64,000 nt of DNA from an uncultured virus (IMG/VR IMGVR_UViG_3300020576_003687) (Duplodnaviria > Heunggongvirae > Uroviricota > Caudoviricetes): the IMG/VR virus record IMGVR_UViG_3300020576_003687; one strand, written 5' to 3'. Positions 36,919 to 47,451 of the stretch are shown here, piece after piece. A model generated the notes under the pieces. It did no database searches. It was not told where the DNA came from and saw only the letters and a program-made list of their open reading frames with translations. The stretch's first letter is position 1, and each line of letters opens with the position of its first letter. Position numbers and translations under genes: made by a program.

Positions 36919-37720
36919 GAAAACATTGACTTTTACAACTACTGCGATGCCTCGGCCAGAAATCATAGACCAAACCTATGCTTCATTTTCAAGGCATTTT
37001 TTGGAGTTTGATTTCAAACAAGCAACTTTGCTTCTAAATATAGATAGTTTTCCCGATAAGAGAGACGATCATAAAAGGCAAGAAGTTGCAAATGTTGCAA
37101 GAAAGTATTTTGGCAATGTTATTGTCAATATGCCTGAAAATCCTAATTTTGCGGCTGCTGTAAAGTGGTGTTTTTCAAAGATTGAAACATACTACTGTTT
37201 TCATTTAGAGGACGATTGGGAGTTATTGACTCCTTTTAAGGTTTCAATATTCAATCAATTCTTTGTTCCGCCTCATGTTCAGCAACTTGCTTTTAGAGCT
37301 TGGAAAAATGTTAAGAGCAATTTTTGGCTCTCTCCCTGTTTTTTGAGAGGAACATTTTGTAGAGAAATAGCTGAAAAGATGAACATAGTCGATAATCCTG
37401 AAGTTCAAATAAGGACTCTTTGTGGTGGATAAAAGCCAGAAGGTTTCCTTTATTTTCCATTTGTACATAGGGCTGTCATACTGAAAGACCTTGGAAGAAA
37501 TTGGATGAAAGAGAAAGGTTTCAATAGAGGCGAACGTAACTTTACGCAATGGCACACTATTGAAGAAGGCAAAGGTTTTCAGCGATTGGCAGATCAAAAT
37601 GCTCAAATACCAAAAGAAATGCTTTCGCCCAATCCTAATGATAGAAAGGCTATAGCGTTGAATAGATGGGTTAAGTCTTATGAAAAACAAAGAGCGCATA
37701 AACTTAGGAATAGGAAGTAA
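36902..37720 (+). CDS. Putative GT-A fold glycosyltransferase (paralog 2), interrupted by in-frame TAA (37430-37432)
   Basis: Aligns with paralog 1 across the stop: QIRTLCGG*KPEGFLYFP...ILKDLGRNWMKE vs QIRGLNPYKVQESFIYWP...ILRDLGRTWMKD. Confidence 0.65.
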
Positions 37721-37722
37721 GC

Positions 37723-38313
37723 ATGAATAAGAAACTTTCAATACTTATATGTTCGTTGGCTTCTAGAGCGGATAAGCTACAGAGGCTTATGAATGTTCTG
37801 CAACCTCAAATTAATGATTCTGTAGAACTTTTAGTTAAAACCGATAACGGAGAGATGCCTATTGGTAAGAAAAGAAATCTTCTTTTGGAAGAAGCTTCAG
37901 GAGCTTATATAGCGTTTGTTGATGACGATGATTTGGTTTCCGAAGATTATGTCAAAAAGATTCTAGAAGCTTTAGAGTCTAATCCTGATTGTTGTGGCAT
38001 ACAAGGAATTATTACCTTTCAGGGTCAAGGACCAAGAATGTTTATACATTCTTTGAAATACAAAGAATGGTTTGAGCAGAACAATATTTATTATCGTTGT
38101 CCAAATCATTTGAATCCTGTAAAAAGAGAAATTGCTTTACAAGTTAAGTTTCCAGAAACTAATTTTGGAGAAGATAAGGATTACTCCACTCGGCTTTTTC
38201 CTCTTTTGAAAGAAGAGCGAATAATTAGCGGTGTTGTTGATCATTATTTATATGAAAAGGGTGGACCACCAAACGGTAGGCCTCATAAAAGAGTTCATAG
38301 AGGAATCAGATGA
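37723..38313 (+). CDS. Glycosyltransferase family 2
   Basis: LSILICS, IGKKRNLLLEEASGAYIAFVDDDD, GED. Confidence 0.8.
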   Translation: MNKKLSILICSLASRADKLQRLMNVLQPQINDSVELLVKTDNGEMPIGKKRNLLLEEASGAYIAFVDDDDLVSEDYVKKILEALESNPDCCGIQGIITFQGQGPRMFIHSLKYKEWFEQNNIYYRCPNHLNPVKREIALQVKFPETNFGEDKDYSTRLFPLLKEERIISGVVDHYLYEKGGPPNGRPHKRVHRGIR

Positions 38314-39092
38314 TATTGCCAAGAAGTGTAAATAATCTCCCTTCTGATATAAGAAAGAACTTTGAGTTTTCATCGTCTTCTGTTCAGCCAGTTTCAGGAA
38401 TAACAGTTGTTGTTCCTGTTCGGGGTGTAGATAGACAGCAAAATCTCAATTACTGTATTTCTAGGCTTTTGTTGCAGAATGTTGAACCAATGGAGATTGT
38501 TGTTTCAGAAGAAGATGTTACTGAGAAGATAAATCTTGATAGATTTAGGAATGATTCAAGAATTAAAAAGATTTTTGTAAAGAGTCCTTCTAAGCCATTT
38601 AATAAAAGTATTGCAATAAATGCGGGTGTTATGTTTGCAACGCATGCTAAAATTGTCATGAATGATGCTGACATAGTTCCTCCTAGAGGATATTTGCAAA
38701 GAATAGATATGTTTTTGAATTCTTATGATTGTTGTTTTCTTGGTAAAGAAATTTACAATGTTGAGTTAATGCGTAATGTTGTAGTTTGGAGAGGTAGTAA
38801 GAGAGTTGATTATTTTTCAGGAGGCAGTATTGCTTTTACTAAGAAAGCTTTTATTGCTGTCGGAGGAATGTGCGAAAGATTTTATGGTTATGGCAGTGAA
38901 GATTGTGAATTTTGGGAAAGAATAAACAAACTTACCAATCTCCATGAAAGTCGAGATAGTGTATTTTTGCATTTGAACCATAAGAGGCTTACCCCTTTCA
39001 GCGTTAATGCTGACCTTTATAATGAGATAGTTTCTTTATCTATGGAAGAACGCTTAAAGTTTCTTAAAGAAGATTTGAACAAAAGGGCATGA
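38310..39092 (+). CDS. GT2/GT7-like glycosyltransferase
   Basis: VVVPVRG, FNKSIAINAG, MNDAD, VGGMCERFYGYGSEDCEF. Confidence 0.78.
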   Translation: MILPRSVNNLPSDIRKNFEFSSSSVQPVSGITVVVPVRGVDRQQNLNYCISRLLLQNVEPMEIVVSEEDVTEKINLDRFRNDSRIKKIFVKSPSKPFNKSIAINAGVMFATHAKIVMNDADIVPPRGYLQRIDMFLNSYDCCFLGKEIYNVELMRNVVVWRGSKRVDYFSGGSIAFTKKAFIAVGGMCERFYGYGSEDCEFWERINKLTNLHESRDSVFLHLNHKRLTPFSVNADLYNEIVSLSMEERLKFLKEDLNKRA

Positions 39093-39095
39093 TAA

Positions 39096-39809
39096 ATGTT
39101 GAAGATAATATCTTTTAGTGTTTGGGGTAATTCTTTCAAATATCTCAATGGATGTATTGAGAATATTGAAATTGCAGAGAAGATATACCCAGGTTGGACT
39201 GTTAGATTTTATTGTGATTCAGAAGTCAATAAAGACTTTATTCGTAAACTTGAAAAAGCAGGCGCTGAAGTTCTTATAAAGAACACTCTAAAAGATAATT
39301 GGGAAGGGTTGTTTTGGAGATTCCTTCCCGCTTCTGAGGCTGATATTTTCATTTCAAGAGATATTGATTCAAGATTAAATGAAAGAGAAAAAGCCGCTGT
39401 TGATGAATGGCTATCAAGTGATAAAGACATTCATTGTATGAGAGATCATATTGAACATAATGTTCCTATGCTTGGAGGGATGTGGGGATGCAGAAATAAG
39501 GTTATTCCGAATATGGAACAACTTATTTCTGAATGGTCTAAAAATGATTACAAAGGAAGTGATCAAGATTTTTTGAGAACAGAGATTTGGCCTAATTATT
39601 TAGGTACAATACTTGCTCATGATAAGTATTTCGATGGTCTTATTGTTGAAAAAGGACAGCATAAGCGAGGCTTTTTAGGCGTTGATCGTTTGGACTCAGA
39701 GTTTGATTATGTTTACGATCCGATAAGATTTTTTGGGAAACATGACATTAGGCCATTTCCAAATCATCCACCAATGACTTATGGCGTTCATGTCGGGGAG
39801 ATAATATGA
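39096..39809 (+). CDS. Putative glycosyltransferase-like protein (RDxD family)
   Basis: IISFSVWG, FWRFLP, FISRDIDSRL, MRDH..H..PMLGGMWG, DQDFL; paralogous to 44535-45377. Confidence 0.55.
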   Translation: MLKIISFSVWGNSFKYLNGCIENIEIAEKIYPGWTVRFYCDSEVNKDFIRKLEKAGAEVLIKNTLKDNWEGLFWRFLPASEADIFISRDIDSRLNEREKAAVDEWLSSDKDIHCMRDHIEHNVPMLGGMWGCRNKVIPNMEQLISEWSKNDYKGSDQDFLRTEIWPNYLGTILAHDKYFDGLIVEKGQHKRGFLGVDRLDSEFDYVYDPIRFFGKHDIRPFPNHPPMTYGVHVGEII

Positions 39810-40894
39810 AAATATTCAATCTTGATTTGCATATATCAGTTATTGAAGACATCAAGAGTATTCTTGGCGAGTTAGGACATGAAGTTACTAGCTGGAATAT
39901 GTCTGGTCATAATTGGGTTTTGGGTAGAGGAAAAGCTTCGACCTCAGTTGTTACTCCTGAAAATTGGACGCAAATAGATCAGTCTATGTGCGATAATTTC
40001 TACAATACTTACAAAGATCAACTTTCAGTTTATGACGCATTTGTTGTTACCTATCCTCCGGCGTTTTCAATGTTGTTTGAAAAATGGAATAAGCCAATAA
40101 TCGTTGTTGCTCCTATTAGATATGAACTCCCGTTCTCAACAAGACCAGAACAGTGGGAAAGATTTAATGATTTTCTAAGACGAGGAGCGGATAGCGGACA
40201 AGTTCTTTTGGCGGCGAATAGTAAGTATGATGCCGAATATGGTAAGTATTTTACTGACAGAGAGTGGACTCATATTCCTAATCTTTGCGAATATACAAGG
40301 GTTCATTATGCTCCACAAAAACGGCAGTTTTTGTATTACTCAAGATGCATGCAGTATAGTCATTACCTCGGTGGAAGCTGGATTCCGAATCTTGTTGAAA
40401 AGTCAAAGGCCCTAGGAAATGGTTATCAATGGTCTGAAAGAGTAAAATATAGGGGTCTTGTTGGAGTTCCTTACAATATCTCAACAATGAGTATTTTTGA
40501 GTTCTATAATGAGAATATGCCTTTGTTTTTTCCAAGCGTAGATCTTATGATTAGAATGAAACAGGATTTTACTGCTTATGTTCTTGCGGAGACTTCTTGG
40601 AATCAAACATGGAATATTCCAAGTGGTTCTGTTATAAGACCTGGACCTAATGATCCAAATGATTTTGCAGATTTGAACAAGTTTAAGAAGTGGCTTCCTC
40701 TTGCTGATTTTTATGACACAGAATGGATGCCTCATATACAGTATTTTGATGATTGGAATACACTTAGGGATAGGCTTGGGTCGATACATGACGATGAGTT
40801 GTTTGCTATAAGTAATAAGATGTCTCAGTTCAATGTTATTAGACGACAAAAAGTTCTTGATATTTGGACTAATTTCTTGAAGAGAGTGAAATGA
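39806..40894 (+). CDS. Putative glycosyltransferase (GT-B-like)
   Basis: Cluster context; VPYNISTMSIFEFY..NMPLFFPS resembles a GT-B C-terminal motif. Confidence 0.45.
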   Translation: MKIFNLDLHISVIEDIKSILGELGHEVTSWNMSGHNWVLGRGKASTSVVTPENWTQIDQSMCDNFYNTYKDQLSVYDAFVVTYPPAFSMLFEKWNKPIIVVAPIRYELPFSTRPEQWERFNDFLRRGADSGQVLLAANSKYDAEYGKYFTDREWTHIPNLCEYTRVHYAPQKRQFLYYSRCMQYSHYLGGSWIPNLVEKSKALGNGYQWSERVKYRGLVGVPYNISTMSIFEFYNENMPLFFPSVDLMIRMKQDFTAYVLAETSWNQTWNIPSGSVIRPGPNDPNDFADLNKFKKWLPLADFYDTEWMPHIQYFDDWNTLRDRLGSIHDDELFAISNKMSQFNVIRRQKVLDIWTNFLKRVK

Positions 40895-40895
40895 T

Positions 40896-41477
40896 ATGAT
40901 GGAATATGATAAGAAAATTGCAAATATGTTAATGAAGGTTAGCGATGCTAATGAGGGTTCTTTATTAAACAATACCGCTCCTTGTGTTAAACTGCAAGTT
41001 GAGCTTATTGAAAGAACGCTTGAAAAGTATCGTCCAAAGTATATTGTTGAAACTGGAACTAATAAAGCTTTCTTTTCCTTTGTGTGCTTATCTTTTCTTG
41101 ATAAGTTTGCCGAACCAGTCATTATAGATACTTTTGATATGGCTGATTTTAGTTTGAAGGCCGTTACTATTGTTAATGATCATTTTCCAAAGCATAAAGT
41201 GTTTTTCCATCATGGGGATAGTCGTCAAACTTTGAGTTCGTTTTCTCCAAGACAACAAGTTGATTTGTTTTTTGTAGATGGTGGTCATTCTTATGATGTT
41301 GCTCTTTCTGATATTAGAAACGCAATAAGAATGAATCCTCCTTTGATATTGATTGATGACACCGGGGGAGAAGGCGTTTCTAAAGCGATAGATTATGAAC
41401 TTATTGGTAAATATCAAATGATTGATGGAACAGAAAGAAGCGACGATAGAAAAATGCGATTGTATGCAAAGTTTTAA
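40896..41477 (+). CDS. Class I SAM-dependent methyltransferase (Methyltransf_24-like)
   Basis: IVETGT, HGDS..TL, DLFFVDGGHSY, LIDD. Confidence 0.8.
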   Translation: MMEYDKKIANMLMKVSDANEGSLLNNTAPCVKLQVELIERTLEKYRPKYIVETGTNKAFFSFVCLSFLDKFAEPVIIDTFDMADFSLKAVTIVNDHFPKHKVFFHHGDSRQTLSSFSPRQQVDLFFVDGGHSYDVALSDIRNAIRMNPPLILIDDTGGEGVSKAIDYELIGKYQMIDGTERSDDRKMRLYAKF

Positions 41478-41488
41478 GGGGACTTATT

Positions 41489-42106
41489 ATGGCTCAAGGT
41501 CAAATAAATAGAGGTAGCAATCTTGGTGAAACGATTTATAGTTTAGCCAAGAAAGATGATGTCAATGTAATTGTTGAAATTGGAACTTGGAATGGGGCTG
41601 GTTCTACGAAATGTATTAGAGATGCAGTTTTAGACAAAGGCAAGCCATGTAATGTTCTATCTATTGAAGCTTGGAAATCAATGTATGATGTTGCAATTCA
41701 AAACAATCAGCCTGCTATCGTTGGATTCAGTATTGTTCATGGTAGAATTGTTGAACTTTCAGATCTTAATTGGTTTGATCCTGCGACTTTGAGTGCAGAC
41801 GAAAAGAGATGGCTTGCCGAGGATATTGAAAACTACAAGCAATGCCCAAACATTATTGACCGTATTCCTTCTAAAATTGATTTGCTTGTATTAGATGGTG
41901 GAGAGTTTAGTTCTCACGAAGAGTTTCATAAGCTTATTGATAGATCAAACTATGTTGTACTTGATGACACATTTCAAGGAACCAGGAAGTTCAAGCTTAT
42001 TAGAGAAATGATTCTTGCTAATCCTGATAGATATGAAGTCTTTGGTGATATAACAAATGATAGAAATGGATACATGGTTCTAAGGAACAAACGATTCAAT
42101 GCCTAA
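41489..42106 (+). CDS. Putative SAM-dependent methyltransferase
   Basis: IVEIGTWNG.GST, IDLLVLDGGEF, VVLDD. Confidence 0.65.
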   Translation: MAQGQINRGSNLGETIYSLAKKDDVNVIVEIGTWNGAGSTKCIRDAVLDKGKPCNVLSIEAWKSMYDVAIQNNQPAIVGFSIVHGRIVELSDLNWFDPATLSADEKRWLAEDIENYKQCPNIIDRIPSKIDLLVLDGGEFSSHEEFHKLIDRSNYVVLDDTFQGTRKFKLIREMILANPDRYEVFGDITNDRNGYMVLRNKRFNA

Positions 42107-43064
42107 AATTGCGTTTATATCTGGTGCTGGCGGTCAAGATGCTTCATATTTAGCGGAGCATTTGATATTAGATGGATATGAAGTTCATGGCCTTGAAAGA
42201 AGTCGTTCAAAAGAAGAATGTAAGTTTGTTCCAAGTCAAGTAGTTTGGCATAAAGGTGATATTTGTGATTTCTATTTTCTTGAATCGCTATTATGCGAGA
42301 TAAAGCCGTCAAGAATATATAACCTTGCTGCCCAATCAGAGGTCAGGCTAAGCTGTGATTTACCGCATCTAACGACAACAGTTAATTCAATTGGCGCTCT
42401 TAATATGCTTGAGGCATTTCGTAGATGCTGCCCTTCTTCTCGATTTTACCAAGCAAGTTCAAGCGAAATGTTTGGAGTTTCAATGGATACTGATGGGATG
42501 CAAAGGGAGTTAACCCCAATGAATCCTATTACGCCATATGGCATATCCAAACTTTACGCTCATAAGATGTGCCAGTATTATAGGTCGCATTACAATTTGT
42601 TTATTGCTAATGGCATTCTATTTAATCATGAATCTCCTCGCAGACCGGAGCGGTTTTTGACAACTAAAGTTGTAAAAACTGCTGTTGCCATAAAGTTTGG
42701 AAAAACAAATGAATTGAAAGTTGGTAATTTGGATGTCTATAGGGATTGGGGTCATAGTAAGGATTATACAAAATCTATGATTCTTATGCTTGAACATAAT
42801 GTTCCCGATGATTTTGTTATTAGTACAATGAAAAGCAATTCTGTTCGTTATCTAATAGAATATGTCTTTTCAAAATTAGGCTTGGACTATGTAAAATATG
42901 TTGTTCAAGATCCTGAGTTTGTAAGAAAAATAGATCAGAAAGTAGTTCTTGGAGATTCAACGAAAGCAAGAACGGTTCTTGGTTGGCAGTCTTTATATAG
43001 TTTTGAGCAAATGATTGATGAAATGATTGATTTTTGGGTCAAAGAAATGGGAGATAGCAAATGA
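42099..43064 (+). CDS. gmd: GDP-mannose 4,6-dehydratase (copy 1)
   Basis: [51 protein letters not shown]. Confidence 0.9.
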   Translation: MPKIAFISGAGGQDASYLAEHLILDGYEVHGLERSRSKEECKFVPSQVVWHKGDICDFYFLESLLCEIKPSRIYNLAAQSEVRLSCDLPHLTTTVNSIGALNMLEAFRRCCPSSRFYQASSSEMFGVSMDTDGMQRELTPMNPITPYGISKLYAHKMCQYYRSHYNLFIANGILFNHESPRRPERFLTTKVVKTAVAIKFGKTNELKVGNLDVYRDWGHSKDYTKSMILMLEHNVPDDFVISTMKSNSVRYLIEYVFSKLGLDYVKYVVQDPEFVRKIDQKVVLGDSTKARTVLGWQSLYSFEQMIDEMIDFWVKEMGDSK

Positions 43065-43633
43065 GTAACCATCTTGGTGGATGCGTTTTTGAGGGCGATA
43101 TAGGAACTTTTGCACCTCAAGTTTGGGATAAGTTAATCGAGCTTTATAATCCAAAAACGGTTATAGACGTTGGTTGTGGTTGCGGCTATTCTTTGAAGTA
43201 TTTCATGGATAAGAATGTTGATGGTATTGGAGTTGAAGGTTATAAAGAAGCCATTGCTCGATCTCCTGTTGGAGGTAATATCGTTTTACATGATTATACT
43301 CGCGGTCCTTTTGTTCCGCCGTCTAATTTTGACTTAGCATGGTGTTGCGAGTTTGTCGAGCATGTAGAAGAGAAATATAAAGCCAATTTCATGCAAACAT
43401 TTGCTAAGTGCAATCTTGTTGCTATGACGCATGCAGTTCCTGGACAACCTGGATTCCATCATGTTAATTGTCAAAATGCCGATTATTGGATAACAACCTT
43501 TGCTGATTATGGCTTTGAGTATTTAGAAGAAAAGTCTTTGATGCTTAGGAAGTTGTTATTCAACGAAGATGGTTCATGGAAACCTAACGGTGGGCATGTT
43601 AGAAACACTCTTATGCTCTTCAAAAGGAAATAA
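43061..43633 (+). CDS. Class I SAM-dependent methyltransferase
   Basis: VIDVGCGCG, FDLAWCCEFVEHV, PGQPG.HHVN.Q..YW. Confidence 0.8.
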   Translation: MSNHLGGCVFEGDIGTFAPQVWDKLIELYNPKTVIDVGCGCGYSLKYFMDKNVDGIGVEGYKEAIARSPVGGNIVLHDYTRGPFVPPSNFDLAWCCEFVEHVEEKYKANFMQTFAKCNLVAMTHAVPGQPGFHHVNCQNADYWITTFADYGFEYLEEKSLMLRKLLFNEDGSWKPNGGHVRNTLMLFKRK

Positions 43634-43636
43634 GTC

Positions 43637-44542
43637 ATGATTAGCATAGAATCGAACAGAGAGTTGTATCTATTTGACACTGTTGAAAGAGTTAGAAAGT
43701 CTCTTGATTTTGCTAAGTCTTTACCAGAGCCAAGCGTTCCTGAGCCAGTGACTTTTCATTTTTACTGGAGAGTTCCTAAAGAGTTTTCGCGCAAACAAGT
43801 TCTTCCAATAAAGTCTGCTATAGTTTCACAAAAGATGGCTAATACAAAGTTCATTCTTTGGTCTAATGTTGATTTGAAAAACAACGAATACCTTAAGCCT
43901 TTGCTTCCTTTTGTTGAAACTAGAATATGGGATATTAGCGAGCAATCCAAAAGTTCTCCGCTTGAAAATGCTAATATGCTCAAAGGCTTAATAGATGACC
44001 CTTTATGCTATCTAGGTGGGGATTTGTTTAGATTGCTTTGCCTTCATAAACATGGAGGCGTTTATATAGACATGGACGTTGTTGTATTGAGGGATTTTAG
44101 TCCAATATTGCCTTATGAGTTTATGTATCAATGGGGAGCGTCAGGTACATTTGAAAACGAACCTGTTATTCGCCAAAATGGGGCTATAATGAGACTTAAA
44201 CCATATAGTCAACTTTGTCACGATTTGCTAAATGAATTAGCAAGAACACCTGCTAATCCTAATACAACTTGTTGGGGAACTGACTTGTATCATAAAGTAA
44301 GACAACACAACAAGAACTGGACTGTATTTCCTTGTGCGTGGTTTAACACTGAATGGGGCTTTGGTATTCCTCTTGAGCCATTCAAGAAAAATGCTTCTGG
44401 TAATGATAGTTCAGAGCTTTATGACGGTGCTTTTACTTGGCATTGGCATAATAAATGGGATGAACCAATTGAAGATGGATCTAAGTTTCAAATATTAGAA
44501 AGTATGGTTGACCGAAAATTTAAGGAACTAATCGGTGAGTGA
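43637..44542 (+). CDS. GT32/DXD-motif glycosyltransferase
   Basis: DLFRLLCLHKHGGVYIDMDV, HWHNKW. Confidence 0.8.
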   Translation: MISIESNRELYLFDTVERVRKSLDFAKSLPEPSVPEPVTFHFYWRVPKEFSRKQVLPIKSAIVSQKMANTKFILWSNVDLKNNEYLKPLLPFVETRIWDISEQSKSSPLENANMLKGLIDDPLCYLGGDLFRLLCLHKHGGVYIDMDVVVLRDFSPILPYEFMYQWGASGTFENEPVIRQNGAIMRLKPYSQLCHDLLNELARTPANPNTTCWGTDLYHKVRQHNKNWTVFPCAWFNTEWGFGIPLEPFKKNASGNDSSELYDGAFTWHWHNKWDEPIEDGSKFQILESMVDRKFKELIGE

Positions 44543-45377
44543 TTTCATAAACAGTTTTTCAGCATTTGGAGAAAGAAGAGAGGCGTATATGTCTCTCTTC
44601 CCTCTCATTATTAGAATGCACTATTCTTTGTATGTTAATCCAAAATGGAAAATACGACTTACAACTGACCGAGTTTTTGATTCAACAAGTTTTTATGGAA
44701 GACAAATTAATAGCCTTGCTAATAGAGGCCTTTTGCAGTTAAGAATTGTTCCTAATGGAGGTTCTATTTGGGAACAGTCTGTAAAAGGCATTGGTATGCT
44801 GTGGAGGCTTATGCCAGCTTGGGAAGATAATGAATATGTTTTTTGTAGAGACTTGGATTCTATATTAACTCCAAGACAAGCTAAGTTTGTTCAGAGTTTT
44901 ATTGAGTCAGATAAAGCGGTTCATGGTATCAACGATAACGATGCCCATACAATTCCTCTTATGGGAGGAATGATTGGCGTTAAGTCAAAGAGATTTGTCT
45001 CGTTAGTAGGATTTTCTTCTTTTGCAGATATGATTTCTTCTTGGAGGCGAACAAGGGAAGGTTGGGATTCTCATGGGCAAGATCAATCGTTTCTAATGGA
45101 ACGAATATGGCCTAAGGTTTGTAATGATTCTTTGATACATAGGATTCAAGGACCAAATGATAGATGCCATATGAAGGATTGCGTACCAGGAGTTGTTCTT
45201 GAAGGGGTTAGTCAGAAAGTTCTTGACGAAGGCGATAATTTTACCAACTACATAGGCGCTGCAAACTGTAAGAATACAACTTATGGTGAGCGAACGGTTG
45301 AGGAGATGTCTGCTTTTTATGAAGAGTATGGTAATAAAGAAATGATAGCGAAAATTAAAGAAGCAGAAAGGGCGTAA
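44535..45377 (+). CDS. Putative glycosyltransferase-like protein (RDxD family paralog)
   Basis: MLWRLMP, FCRDLDS, H.IPLMGGMIG, DQSFL...IWP shared with 39096-39809. Confidence 0.55.
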   Translation: MSDFINSFSAFGERREAYMSLFPLIIRMHYSLYVNPKWKIRLTTDRVFDSTSFYGRQINSLANRGLLQLRIVPNGGSIWEQSVKGIGMLWRLMPAWEDNEYVFCRDLDSILTPRQAKFVQSFIESDKAVHGINDNDAHTIPLMGGMIGVKSKRFVSLVGFSSFADMISSWRRTREGWDSHGQDQSFLMERIWPKVCNDSLIHRIQGPNDRCHMKDCVPGVVLEGVSQKVLDEGDNFTNYIGAANCKNTTYGERTVEEMSAFYEEYGNKEMIAKIKEAERA

Positions 45378-45378
45378 T

Positions 45379-46233
45379 ATGTTTTGGCAATGGAAGACAT
45401 TTGAGGATCATAGCTTTCCTTATCTAACAGGAAATAGCTTTGCCGTACAATGCAAGCATATATGGAACTACGATGGATATAAGATAAATCCATATTCAAA
45501 ACCCGAAAACTGGGTCTTTGTTAAAACAGATTACTTAGCGAATTTTTTCTCAACGATTAGATTGCCTAATCCATTTGTTCTTTTTACTCATAATAGTGAT
45601 TATCCTATTAATGAATCTCATCTTAGGTATTTGGAAGATCCTAGGGTATTAGTTTGGTTTGCGCAAAATGTTGCTATAAATCATCCAAAACTTAAGCCTA
45701 TTCCAATTGGCATTGCGGACGCAGGGTATTCGCATGGAGATATTTCTGCTATTAACAAAGTAAGAAGCGAAGAGAATGCAAAAGAAGTCATGTTTTACGC
45801 TAATTATAGCATTCAAAATAATAGAGCAGAAAGAGAATATTGTTTGCAGCAAACTGGTGTTCCTTTAGCTTCTGAAACTAATGGTGGTTGGAATGGTTTC
45901 GCTGGAGGATATAAGCTTCCAAATACTTTCGAAGGCTATCTTAGAGATATTAGCAAATCTTACTTTTGTATTTCCCCGAAAGGTAATGGTATTGATTGCC
46001 ATAGAACGTGGGAAGCTTTGTATGTTAAATCAATACCTATTGTAACAAGAAGTCCTGTTGCTGAGGCTCATAAGGATTTTCCAATAATCATTCTTGATGA
46101 CTGGTCTGATTTTAAGAAAATCAATTTTAGCAAAGAGCTTTATGATAAGATTTGGAATAATTTCAATGTTGGAGAGATTCATATGGATAATTACATGAAG
46201 AGGGTTCAAAATGTCATTAAAGCTAACACCTGA
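45379..46233 (+). CDS. Exostosin/GT47-like glycosyltransferase
   Basis: THNSD, WFAQN, PIPIG, YFCISPKGNGIDCHRTWEALY..SIPIV. Confidence 0.72.
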   Translation: MFWQWKTFEDHSFPYLTGNSFAVQCKHIWNYDGYKINPYSKPENWVFVKTDYLANFFSTIRLPNPFVLFTHNSDYPINESHLRYLEDPRVLVWFAQNVAINHPKLKPIPIGIADAGYSHGDISAINKVRSEENAKEVMFYANYSIQNNRAEREYCLQQTGVPLASETNGGWNGFAGGYKLPNTFEGYLRDISKSYFCISPKGNGIDCHRTWEALYVKSIPIVTRSPVAEAHKDFPIIILDDWSDFKKINFSKELYDKIWNNFNVGEIHMDNYMKRVQNVIKANT

Positions 46234-46882
46234 ACATATACTTACAAGTTTCCATAAAGCAAAGAATAAAGAGTCAAAACTTGATTCTTTTGTTCTTTCG
46301 ATTATGGGAATGTCTAGCGAACGAAATAGGCATTTTTTGAATAATCTAATGTCTGTTGACGGCCTTTCTTACTTAGAGGTTGGATGTTGGCGAGGTAGTA
46401 CAGCTTGCTCTGCCCTGTATAAGAACAATATTGCAAAAAGCTTGTTGATTGATAACTTTTCAGAGTTTGGTAAAGACTTTCTAGAAACAGATAAAGAGTG
46501 GGATAATGGCGTTTCAATAAGAAACGATCTTGAGAACAATCTTTTAGCTTTCACGGACGGTAAGAGCCGTTTTATTGATGCTGACTTTTTCAAAACAGAT
46601 CTTTCTAAGCATGGTAAGTTTGATGTTTTCTTCTATGATGGTTGTCATGATTTTGAACCTCAAAGCAAAGCGCTAGAATATGCGATTGATAGTCTTTCGG
46701 ATACTTTTTTGTTTATAGTCGATGATTATTCGTTTCCTGTTGTTAAGTCAGCAACTAAGCATTCTTTGGAATCTTTATCTTCAAAAATCAAGATTCAATA
46801 TTCTCTTGAGTTGGAAAGAGAAGAACCGATAAAAGAATGGTGGTGGCATGGACTCTATATTGGATTGTTGAGTAAAGTATGA
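46211..46882 (+). CDS. Class I SAM-dependent methyltransferase
   Basis: YLEVGCWRGST, FDVFFYDGCH, IVDD. Confidence 0.78.
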   Translation: MSLKLTPEHILTSFHKAKNKESKLDSFVLSIMGMSSERNRHFLNNLMSVDGLSYLEVGCWRGSTACSALYKNNIAKSLLIDNFSEFGKDFLETDKEWDNGVSIRNDLENNLLAFTDGKSRFIDADFFKTDLSKHGKFDVFFYDGCHDFEPQSKALEYAIDSLSDTFLFIVDDYSFPVVKSATKHSLESLSSKIKIQYSLELEREEPIKEWWWHGLYIGLLSKV

Positions 46883-47442
46883 ATCATTTCTATAAAACAA
46901 TTCCTGGGTATTTTGATTACGAAGACGTTTATTCTAAGATTGTTTCTTGGGCAAAAGACGACTATCTTTTTGTTGAAATAGGGGCTTGGTACGGACAAAG
47001 TACCGCTTATCTTGCTGTTGAAATAATAAACTCAGGTAAACGCATAAAGCTTGATGTTGTTGATACATGGAAGGGTTCTGAGCAAATGTATGATCCTTCT
47101 AATGGGGCTTACGATGAAACACTTGTTCGTAATGGTACTATTTTCCCAGAGTTTTTGAATAATATGGCTCCTGTTCTTCATATTATGAAACCTATAGAAA
47201 TGGATTCTGTTCTTGCTTCTGCTCGCTATGCTGATTCTTCTATAGATTTTGTATTTATAGATGCAGAACATAAGTATGAGTTTGTTATACAAGATATTAA
47301 ACATTGGTTGCCTAAAGTTCGTAAAGGCGGAATTATTGCCGGTCATGATTATGGCTGGGAGGGTGTAACTAGGGCAATTAACGAAGTTTTTGGACAGGGT
47401 AATTATTCAACTAATGGTCAATGCTGGTTAGTCGAGGTTTAA
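46879..47442 (+). CDS. Class I SAM-dependent methyltransferase (Methyltransf_24)
   Basis: FVEIGAWYGQS, DFVFIDAEH.YE, WLPKVRKGGIIAGHDY. Confidence 0.85.
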   Translation: MNHFYKTIPGYFDYEDVYSKIVSWAKDDYLFVEIGAWYGQSTAYLAVEIINSGKRIKLDVVDTWKGSEQMYDPSNGAYDETLVRNGTIFPEFLNNMAPVLHIMKPIEMDSVLASARYADSSIDFVFIDAEHKYEFVIQDIKHWLPKVRKGGIIAGHDYGWEGVTRAINEVFGQGNYSTNGQCWLVEV

Positions 47443-47451
47443 GGAGTTATT

